Shown piece by piece: positions 27,057-33,837 of a stretch of DNA of 64,000 nt. This DNA is from a virus (lineage: Duplodnaviria > Heunggongvirae > Uroviricota > Caudoviricetes). Location: IMG/VR virus record IMGVR_UViG_3300032272_000001, positions 103,273-167,272 of that record. One strand, 5' to 3'. The notes beneath the pieces are model-generated. The model was not told the origin of the DNA. It worked only from the letters and a program-made list of their open reading frames with translations, and ran no database searches. The stretch's first letter is position 1. Every line of letters begins with the position of its first letter. A program made the position numbers and the translations under genes.

Positions 27057-27236
27057 ATGATCAAGAGTGTTGCTTATATCACATATATTGTGGTATATCT
27101 TTTAGTTATGTTATCGTCTAATTGGTTTTACGAATTTGATTCTGAGGCGGTAACGATTAGATTATCTGTGTTTTGTGGTATTTTACTTGGTATAATTGTG
27201 GCAGAATATATTAATTGGGTTTTAAAACATGATTGA
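27057..27236 (+). CDS. small membrane protein (59 aa, under the track cutoff)
   Basis: Manual translation MIKSVAYITYIVVYLLVMLSSNWFYEFDSEAVTIRLSVFCGILLGIIVAEYINWVLKHD. Confidence 0.4.
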   Translation: MIKSVAYITYIVVYLLVMLSSNWFYEFDSEAVTIRLSVFCGILLGIIVAEYINWVLKHD

Positions 27237-27432
27237 TGCTGCTACAGTAGAGTTTAAGGATCATTTATTGGTTGTTTCTTTTTATAAGAGCGGACCAATA
27301 AATGATATTAAATGTGAACCGTTCGCATATGAATTGGACGATGTTGATGTGACATATAAACATCTAAAAGAAAAATTTGGTCGAGAATATATCAATGAAG
27401 TTATTGATGATGCCATTTATTATCTTGATTGA
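27229..27432 (+). CDS. hypothetical small protein
   Basis: 67 aa. Confidence 0.45.
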   Translation: MIDAATVEFKDHLLVVSFYKSGPINDIKCEPFAYELDDVDVTYKHLKEKFGREYINEVIDDAIYYLD

Positions 27433-27448
27433 TTGAAAGGAACATAAT

Positions 27449-28192
27449 ATGATAGGATTTCATAAACATCCAAATGGTGGTGGTCTAGTAGAGTCTACTG
27501 CAACTGTTGCAGATACTGCTTTTATTGGACCAGATGCTGTAGTATCTGGTAATGCTCAAGTATATGATAATGCTCAAGTATTTGGTGATGCTCAAGTATT
27601 TGGTGATGCTCTAGTATCTGGTAATGCTAGAGTATCTGGCTATGCTAGAATATATGATACTGCTCTAGTATCTGGTACTGCTCTAGTATCTGGCTATGCT
27701 AGAATATATGGTAATGCTGTAGTATCTGGTACTGCTCTAGTATATGGCAATGCTATAGTATCTAATAATGCAAGAGTGACTGGTGATGCTGTAGTATGTG
27801 GTGATGCTCAAGTATATGATAATGCTCAAGTATCTGGTGATGCTATAGTATATGGTTATGCTCATGTATTTGGTGATGCTAGAGTATCTGGTAATGTAAG
27901 AGTATCTGGTGATGCTCAAGTATTTGGTAATGCTATGGTATTTGGTAATGCTAGAGTAGCTGGTAATGCTGTAGTATCAAAACCATTTCCAAAAATTACT
28001 AGATCAGATAGCTATGATTTTATTCTTGTACCTGATAAAGATGGTATTGATAGAATCATTGCTGGTTGCAGATATTTCACGGTTCCAGAAGCAATTGGAC
28101 ATTGGACTAGGACAAGAGGTGGTACTAAATTAGGAACCGAAACCTTAAAAATTATTGATATGTTACAAGAATTAAAGTCAATTATTGATTGA
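27449..28192 (+). CDS. Hexapeptide-repeat family paralog (247 aa)
   Basis: Same architecture. Confidence 0.75.
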   Translation: MIGFHKHPNGGGLVESTATVADTAFIGPDAVVSGNAQVYDNAQVFGDAQVFGDALVSGNARVSGYARIYDTALVSGTALVSGYARIYGNAVVSGTALVYGNAIVSNNARVTGDAVVCGDAQVYDNAQVSGDAIVYGYAHVFGDARVSGNVRVSGDAQVFGNAMVFGNARVAGNAVVSKPFPKITRSDSYDFILVPDKDGIDRIIAGCRYFTVPEAIGHWTRTRGGTKLGTETLKIIDMLQELKSIID

Positions 28193-28240
28193 CAAGAAAC
28201 CACAATATAGTATGATCAAGACATCAGAACAAAGGATATC

Positions 28241-28477
28241 GTGATGTATAAAGCATTCTATACTGAAAATACCATCATTCCTACAGTCTATGATATAGGA
28301 ACTTTTTGTACTCTTGAAACTGCTGCGGAGGAATGTGTAAAACACGCAACAAAACATAAACGATATGATCATATCGTTGCATATGAATTTGAAGAAGACG
28401 GTAGCGGTTATGATATGGCAGCTGCGATTGGTGGTGATATCAGAATTTACACTGTGAATAGGAAATATAATGTATAG
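28241..28477 (+). CDS. hypothetical protein
   Basis: 78 aa; promoter module at about 28190. Confidence 0.5.
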   Translation: MMYKAFYTENTIIPTVYDIGTFCTLETAAEECVKHATKHKRYDHIVAYEFEEDGSGYDMAAAIGGDIRIYTVNRKYNV

Positions 28478-28892
28478 AGCATATTTTCGAATGATTGGAT
28501 TTAATGTTGAATTAGATATTGGGGTGTTCAATAAGTTTGGAGAAGCTGTTGATAAATGTGTTGTTCATGCTAAAGAAAACAAATATTTCGAAAGAATCAT
28601 TAAAGACTATTACACAAAAGATGAATATCATTTATTAGTAATAAATGATGGTTATTTAATATTGTATGCAATAGTTGAAACAGAAGGAAAAGAAACAAAA
28701 ATGACTGATGAAGAACATGTACAAAGAATCAAAGACGCCATTGATATTCTTGTCGATGCTACTGATGCTGCCATGGCGGCTGGGCTTATGATAGATTATT
28801 TTGTAAATTCAAATCACAAAATACAAGACGAAAAAAGTAATTTGACTGCATTAGTGAAACCAACGATTAATGTATCAAGATCTTACACATAA
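28470..28892 (+). CDS. hypothetical protein
   Basis: 140 aa. Confidence 0.5.
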   Translation: MYRAYFRMIGFNVELDIGVFNKFGEAVDKCVVHAKENKYFERIIKDYYTKDEYHLLVINDGYLILYAIVETEGKETKMTDEEHVQRIKDAIDILVDATDAAMAAGLMIDYFVNSNHKIQDEKSNLTALVKPTINVSRSYT

Positions 28893-28925
28893 TATTACCT
28901 TAATGGTTCTGTAGATCAATAAAAA

Positions 28926-29006
28926 GGAAGAGATGGCAAATGGGGAGCCCCACAGCTCATAACTGTGTGTTTAAAAACCGAGTTGGTTCGATTCCGACCT
29001 CTTCTA
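28926..29006 (+). tRNA. Probable tRNA-Met/fMet (CAT) with an unusually long (about 14 nt) variable region; CCA encoded
   Basis: Acceptor ggaagag/ctcttct, anticodon arm cacag-ctCATaa-ctgtg, T-arm gttgg-ttcgatt-ccgac, then a-cca. The variable-loop length is atypical. Confidence 0.5.
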
Positions 29007-29013
29007 CCATTAT

Positions 29014-29086
29014 AGTTCCATAGCTCAGCGGAAAGAGCAATTGTCTTCTAAACAATAGGTCGTAGGTTCAAATCCTACTGGAACTA
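29014..29086 (+). tRNA. tRNA-Arg (anticodon TCT); CCA encoded
   Basis: Acceptor agttcca/tggaact, D-arm gctcagcggaaagagc, anticodon arm attgt-ctTCTaa-acaat, T-arm gtagg-ttcaaat-cctac, discriminator a, then cca. Confidence 0.75.
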
Positions 29087-29108
29087 CCAAACAACAAAGG
29101 AACATATC

Positions 29109-29318
29109 ATGAAAAAAAATGACTATCACGTAAAGGCGAAGGTTACTGTAGAAGTAGAAATGTGTGTTGTTGCTGAAAGTCGTAATGACGCAAAAAGAAT
29201 TGTTGATGATCATATCATAATGACAGCAATTCTTATTGATGTACCATCAAAAGAATATGATGTGTATGAAGACACTATTTCAGATGTTGATTATAGGGGT
29301 ATTGAACCAATCAGTTAG
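29109..29318 (+). CDS. hypothetical small protein
   Basis: 69 aa; RBS aaaggaac. Confidence 0.5.
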   Translation: MKKNDYHVKAKVTVEVEMCVVAESRNDAKRIVDDHIIMTAILIDVPSKEYDVYEDTISDVDYRGIEPIS

Positions 29319-29327
29319 GAGTATTAC

Positions 29328-29501
29328 ATGTATGAAATTGTGTATTCTCATAGTGATCGAGAACCAGACACAAAAAAGACAATAAACAAAGCTAAACAAA
29401 AAGCAGAAAGGATTAATGAACCAGCTGCAATTAGGTCTCCAATGGGATATATAGTTGCTATATATTTTGGTGCTGATGTTGGTTGGATAACAATTCATTA
29501 A
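29328..29501 (+). CDS. hypothetical small protein (57 aa, under the track cutoff)
   Basis: Manual translation MYEIVYSHSDREPDTKKTINKAKQKAERINEPAAIRSPMGYIVAIYFGADVGWITIH. Confidence 0.35.
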   Translation: MYEIVYSHSDREPDTKKTINKAKQKAERINEPAAIRSPMGYIVAIYFGADVGWITIH

Positions 29502-29513
29502 AATTATTATTAT

Positions 29514-29688
29514 GAGACACTTTTTTAATTTTATGGTTATGTTTATGTTGTTTTTTATTATGTGCATAGTGATAAGTATGCACACCACAATCAATAATCA
29601 TATTAATACGCTAAAGAATGATAAGATGACTATGCAAGAAATAAATGAAGAAGAGCAAGAAAAAGCTCTTGCAAAGAAAGTTGAATAA
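29514..29688 (+). CDS. small membrane protein (57 aa, under the track cutoff)
   Basis: Manual translation MRHFFNFMVMFMLFFIMCIVISMHTTINNHINTLKNDKMTMQEINEEEQEKALAKKVE. Confidence 0.35.
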
Positions 29689-29785
29689 ATGAAACCAGAA
29701 CCAATTACATTATATGAAGTGTTGTTTTGGATAACATTAATTATTCTTGCTGGTTTATATGCTTTTACAAGAACAGGAACATAAT

Positions 29786-30493
29786 ATGATAGGATTTCAT
29801 AAACATCCAAATGGTGGTGGTCTAGTAGAGTCTACTGCAACTGTTGCAGATACTGCTTTTATTGGACCTAATGCTAGAGTATATGGTAATGCTCAAGTAT
29901 TAGGTTATGCTCAAGTATCTGGCAATGCTAAAGTATTTGATAATGCTAGAGTATTTGATAATGCTGTAATATTTGGTGATGCTCAAGTATGTGATCATGC
30001 AAGAGTATATGGCAATGCTGTAGTACATGGTGATGCTCTAGTATATGTTAATGCTATAGTATGTGATCATGCAAGAGTATCTGGTAATACTCATGTATAT
30101 GGTAATGCTCATGTGTATGATAATGCTGCATTATCTGATAATGCTCTAGTATATGGAAATGCTCAAGTATGTGATAATGCAAGAGTATATGATAATGCTC
30201 AAGTATTTGGTGATGCTATAGTATGTGATAATGCAAGAGTATCTGGTAATGCAAGAGTATATGGTAATGCTGTAGTGTCAAAACCATTTCCAAAAATCAC
30301 TAGATCAGATAGATATGATTTCATTCTTGTACCTGATAAAGATGGTATTGATAGAATCATTGCTGGTTGTAGATATTTTACAGTTCCAGAAGCTATTGAA
30401 CATTGGACAAAAACAAGATATGGAACTAGTTTAGGCAATGAGACTTTAATCATTATTAGAACATTACAAGAATTAAAGTCAATTATGGATTGA
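29786..30493 (+). CDS. Hexapeptide-repeat family paralog (236 aa, counted from the conserved MIGFHKHPNGGG start)
   Basis: The track ORF begins upstream at 29747. The conserved family N-terminus and RBS point to 29786. Confidence 0.75.
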   Translation: MIGFHKHPNGGGLVESTATVADTAFIGPNARVYGNAQVLGYAQVSGNAKVFDNARVFDNAVIFGDAQVCDHARVYGNAVVHGDALVYVNAIVCDHARVSGNTHVYGNAHVYDNAALSDNALVYGNAQVCDNARVYDNAQVFGDAIVCDNARVSGNARVYGNAVVSKPFPKITRSDRYDFILVPDKDGIDRIIAGCRYFTVPEAIEHWTKTRYGTSLGNETLIIIRTLQELKSIMD

Positions 30494-30544
30494 CAGCAAC
30501 ATAGATTGCTGTCAATCCATATATAGAAACAAAGGGAACATAAT

Positions 30545-31252
30545 ATGACAGAATTTCATAAACATCCTAATGGTGGTGGATTAGTAGAATCTACTGCTAG
30601 TGTTGCTGATACTGCTTTTATTGGAATTAATGCTAGAGTATATGGTAATGCTAGAGTATCTGGTGATGCTATAGTATCTGGCTATGCTCAAATATTTGGT
30701 GATACTAGAGTATATGGTGATGCTAAAGTATGTGATCATGCAAGAGTATATGGAAATGCTAAAGTATGTGATAATGCTATAGTATATGGTCATGCTCATG
30801 TATATGATAATGCTGTAGTATCTGGTTATGCTGTAGTATCTGGTTATGCTCAAGTATCTGATGATGCTCAAGTATTTGGTCATTCTAGCGTATCTGGTAA
30901 TGCTCTAGTATTTGGTCATTCTAGAGTATATGATGATGCAAGAGTATCTGGTACTGCTCTAGTATCTGGTACTGCTCTAGTATATGGTGATGCAAGAGTA
31001 TCTGGTGATGTAAGTGTATATGGTGATGCTAAAGTATCAAAACCGTTTCCACAAATTAAAAGATCAGATGGATATGATTTTATTATTGTACCAGAGTTAT
31101 CAGGTAATGATAGAATAATTGCTGGTTGCAGATATTTCACAGTCCCAGAAGCTATTGAACATTGGACAGAAACAAGAGGTGGAACCAAATTAGGTGATGA
31201 GACTATGCTGATTATCGAAACACTTCAACGAATGAAAGAGATTTATGGATGA
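30545..31252 (+). CDS. Hexapeptide-repeat family paralog (235 aa)
   Basis: Same architecture; C-term ends ...LQRMKEIYG. Promoter module at about 30490. Confidence 0.75.
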   Translation: MTEFHKHPNGGGLVESTASVADTAFIGINARVYGNARVSGDAIVSGYAQIFGDTRVYGDAKVCDHARVYGNAKVCDNAIVYGHAHVYDNAVVSGYAVVSGYAQVSDDAQVFGHSSVSGNALVFGHSRVYDDARVSGTALVSGTALVYGDARVSGDVSVYGDAKVSKPFPQIKRSDGYDFIIVPELSGNDRIIAGCRYFTVPEAIEHWTETRGGTKLGDETMLIIETLQRMKEIYG

Positions 31253-31536
31253 ATGTATTGTTAATGGATCGTATAATTAGTGGTGAATTTAGAGAACCAG
31301 GTTTTGATCCAAATCAGGTTCAGATTTATGACTATTATAAAAGAGTAGTCATTCGAGATTTTAATATTACTCCAACGACGGATAACCCGTTACGTATAGT
31401 TTGGATTAAACAATATGTCACTGAATATGGAGGAAATGAATATGGATTAGCACTTAAAGAAGCAGAAAAAGCGTGTTTTCTAATTAAAACACATTATATG
31501 ATTATGGTTTATAACAAAGAGGTAAAAAATGTTTAA
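31249..31536 (+). CDS. hypothetical protein
   Basis: 95 aa; ATGA overlap. Confidence 0.5.
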   Translation: MNVLLMDRIISGEFREPGFDPNQVQIYDYYKRVVIRDFNITPTTDNPLRIVWIKQYVTEYGGNEYGLALKEAEKACFLIKTHYMIMVYNKEVKNV

Positions 31537-32479
31537 TATGAAACGTCTGGGAATCATCTCAGCACTAATTGCATCTATTGGACTAGCAGGTTGCAGCGGC
31601 GAGTATGCAGAAGTGCCGCTTGCTTATGTGGGTAAGATTAAAACAAAGGATGGTATTAAGCCAGGCTTGATTAATCCATCACAGTTCCGTCTACCACTAT
31701 GTTGGTACTATTGTGATAAATTGTTACTTGCAGAAACTTCAGACTTCAAAAGTAAAGAATCATTCCGTGGTAAGAATAACTCCCTATATATGCCAAAGTC
31801 TGATTTGATGATGGAATTCGATGTTCGAGGAACATTTGCTGTTGCCCGCGATGATCAGCGTCTTGAACGTGTGTTCGCAAACATTCCGGTAGAAGCAACG
31901 GACTTTCCTGGTTCATCTGGCGTAATTACTGCGGATAACATCTATAAGACCTACGCTGTACCGATTATTCGTGATGTAGTTAGGAGAGTGGTGGTAAATT
32001 ATAGCATAACGGAAATCAATTCAAATCGAGCTATCGCGAACGCGGTACTGAATAGAGAATTGCTAAAAGAATTTAAGTCAGGTAAAATACCAATCGATAT
32101 TAAACGCTTTGGTCTTGCTGATATTAGATTTCCACCAATGATCGTTCAGCAAAAGCAAGTCGCCGCTGAACGTAGGATTGCAATTGAACAGGAAGAAGCT
32201 AATAAGCAAGTTGCTTTGGTCAAGCTTGAAACTGAACTTGAAACCGCTAAAGCCAAACGCGCTATTAAACGAGAATTGGCGCAAGCTGCGGCAGAAGAGA
32301 ATAAAATTCTTGCTGACTCTGTAACACCTAAGTATCTTGCTTATAAGGATCGTGAGATTCTTGAGAAGTTAACTACAAGCAATAACACAAAATGGATCTC
32401 GCCTGATATTCTAGGCACCATGGCAGGTAAAATTGCAGTAGGTAATGGAATTGGTAATGAACATCGACGGAAACATTAA
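31529..32479 (+). CDS. SPFH/band-7 (prohibitin/HflC-like) domain lipoprotein
   Basis: Signal peptide with lipobox LAGC at residues 20-23, then an SPFH-like core and a coiled-coil (QEEANKQVALVKLETELETAKAKRAIKRELAQAAAEENK). Confidence 0.55.
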   Translation: MFNMKRLGIISALIASIGLAGCSGEYAEVPLAYVGKIKTKDGIKPGLINPSQFRLPLCWYYCDKLLLAETSDFKSKESFRGKNNSLYMPKSDLMMEFDVRGTFAVARDDQRLERVFANIPVEATDFPGSSGVITADNIYKTYAVPIIRDVVRRVVVNYSITEINSNRAIANAVLNRELLKEFKSGKIPIDIKRFGLADIRFPPMIVQQKQVAAERRIAIEQEEANKQVALVKLETELETAKAKRAIKRELAQAAAEENKILADSVTPKYLAYKDREILEKLTTSNNTKWISPDILGTMAGKIAVGNGIGNEHRRKH

Positions 32480-32491
32480 TCAATAAACAAC

Positions 32492-32517
32492 TTGAGGTCG
32501 CAATTTGCGACCTCAAC
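32492..32517 (+). terminator. Stem-loop terminator candidate (ttgaggtcgcaa-tt-tgcgacctcaa)
   Basis: 12-bp perfect stem after the SPFH gene. The T-tract is weak. Confidence 0.4.
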
Positions 32518-32537
32518 AATCAACAAAGGAGTGTATT

Positions 32538-32927
32538 ATGAATGAATTTGCATTAGCATATGATGTTATTAGATTGGTTCTATTTGGTATTGTATTGTTG
32601 TGGTTTGTGCGGTTGGTATATTCAACAAGCAATGTATTGCTAGAGGTAGATTTTCTCACTAAATTAACTGACAAAGAAAAAGATATAATTAATAACATTA
32701 AAAAACAATGGTTCTATTCATTGATTGGTATTCTTGCTATTCTTACCATTATGAGCTATTTGATACCATCAATGCCAAAGATGAGTACCAGACAGGTTGC
32801 TCCACCAGCTGCTATTGTCGATATTGGAAAGCTTAAAATGACGCCAACAATAAAAAGAACATTGTCTGATAGTGAACGACTCGAAAGAAATCAAAAACTA
32901 TATGATAGTAATAAAATTAAGGAATAA
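32538..32927 (+). CDS. membrane protein with 2 TM helices (start at internal Met with RBS aaggag)
   Basis: VIRLVLFGIVLLWFVRLV and FYSLIGILAILTIMSYLI. Confidence 0.5.
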   Translation: MNEFALAYDVIRLVLFGIVLLWFVRLVYSTSNVLLEVDFLTKLTDKEKDIINNIKKQWFYSLIGILAILTIMSYLIPSMPKMSTRQVAPPAAIVDIGKLKMTPTIKRTLSDSERLERNQKLYDSNKIKE

Positions 32928-32931
32928 CAAT

Positions 32932-33096
32932 ATGACCGATGGAGAATTAGCGAGTATTGTATATTCTAGAGCAAAAAATTTTACAAAAGAAAATATAGAT
33001 ATTGATGATGACGCAAAAAAATTAGCATATGCTATTGTGTTTTTTAATGATAAATATTTTAGATTATTAAAAACACGAGAGGAAAATTTATGTTAA
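32932..33096 (+). CDS. hypothetical small protein
   Basis: RBS aaggaataacaatATG. Confidence 0.4.
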   Translation: MTDGELASIVYSRAKNFTKENIDIDDDAKKLAYAIVFFNDKYFRLLKTREENLC

Positions 33097-33674
33097 ATAA
33101 AAATGTGTGTTATTCTGGTGGATCTAAAGGATCTGATGAATTGTTCGGCAAAATGGCTGAATCATGTGGTCATTATGCAATTCACTGGTCTTTTCAAATG
33201 CATAAGAGTATGGGGACAAAAGAAAATACTCGTATTTTACCAGCATTTAAACTCGCCATTGCTAATGATCATTTAAATATAGCAAACAAATATCTTAAAA
33301 GAAAATTTCCTAGTAAATCAGAATATGTCAACAATCTTTTGAGAAGAAATTATTATCAAATATTATATTCTGAAAGAATATATGCTGTATGTGAGTTTGA
33401 TAATAATATGGCCCCACTTGGCGGTACAGCTTGGGCTATAATAATGGGAATTAATATTGGAATTGATGAAATATATGTATATGAAACAACAAGAAATAGT
33501 TGGATAACGTTCAAAAGAAAACATTTCAATGACATAAATAGATATGCCGAAGAATGGGAACATATCGATTATGATGTTATACCTAAACCTCATGGTCATT
33601 ATGCTGGTATTGGCAAATCAGAACTTTCTGGTGATGGTAAACAAGCCATCATATCATTATATGAAAAGGAATGA
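33090..33674 (+). CDS. Putative Rossmann-fold SLOG/DprA-like nucleotide-binding protein
   Basis: N-terminal CYSGGSKGSDELFGKMAESCGHYAIH resembles the DprA/LOG motif (SGgArGiD..aH..AL). Weak evidence. Confidence 0.3.
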   Translation: MLNKNVCYSGGSKGSDELFGKMAESCGHYAIHWSFQMHKSMGTKENTRILPAFKLAIANDHLNIANKYLKRKFPSKSEYVNNLLRRNYYQILYSERIYAVCEFDNNMAPLGGTAWAIIMGINIGIDEIYVYETTRNSWITFKRKHFNDINRYAEEWEHIDYDVIPKPHGHYAGIGKSELSGDGKQAIISLYEKE

Positions 33675-33678
33675 ATAA

Positions 33679-33801
33679 ATGGATAATAACACTAAAATTC
33701 TAGTCGCTGTAGTTGTTGTTGTGGCTCTTGCTGCATTGACATTGTTTGGTGGTGATGCCGGTTTTATGAATTGGGATCAAATTAGTCAAGACGGACCATA
33801 A
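33679..33801 (+). CDS. small hydrophobic peptide (40 aa)
   Basis: Manual translation MDNNTKILVAVVVVVALAALTLFGGDAGFMNWDQISQDGP. Confidence 0.35.
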   Translation: MDNNTKILVAVVVVVALAALTLFGGDAGFMNWDQISQDGP

Positions 33802-33807
33802 AAAATA

Positions 33808-33830
33808 GAAAGGGGGCAATTTGCCCCCTT
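33808..33830. terminator. Bidirectional terminator hairpin (aaaGGGGGCAAtTTGCCCCCtt) between convergent genes
   Basis: Near-identical to the hairpin at 3844..3867. Confidence 0.7.
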
Positions 33831-33837
33831 ATTCGTA

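Noticed and set aside
29280-29810. Minus-strand ORFs 29280..29594 and 29598..29810
   Set aside because: They overlap three short plus-strand ORFs and the conserved start of a family member. Their translations are hydrophobic and low-complexity, typical of AT-rich antisense frames.
7051-30883. Numerous antisense or alternative-frame ORFs inside the hexapeptide genes (for example 7051..7293+, 7518..7733+, 7740..8066+, 8002..8214-, 16237..16473-, 17179..17610-, 17909..18157-, 18558..18776-, 19964..20176-, 23488..23694-, 27737..27919-, 28012..28203-, 30199..30453-, 30581..30883-, 30916..31188-)
   Set aside because: They are artefacts of the 18-bp periodic coding repeats, which keep all frames open. 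They have low-complexity translations (YSIT/LALPYT repeats) and no promoter or RBS.
15748-31252. Possibility that the 18-bp periodic DNA repeats form a CRISPR array or a diversity-generating retroelement target
   Set aside because: The repeats are imperfect and continuous, with no unique spacers. They lie in-frame within coding genes. No cas genes or reverse transcriptase are present in the window.
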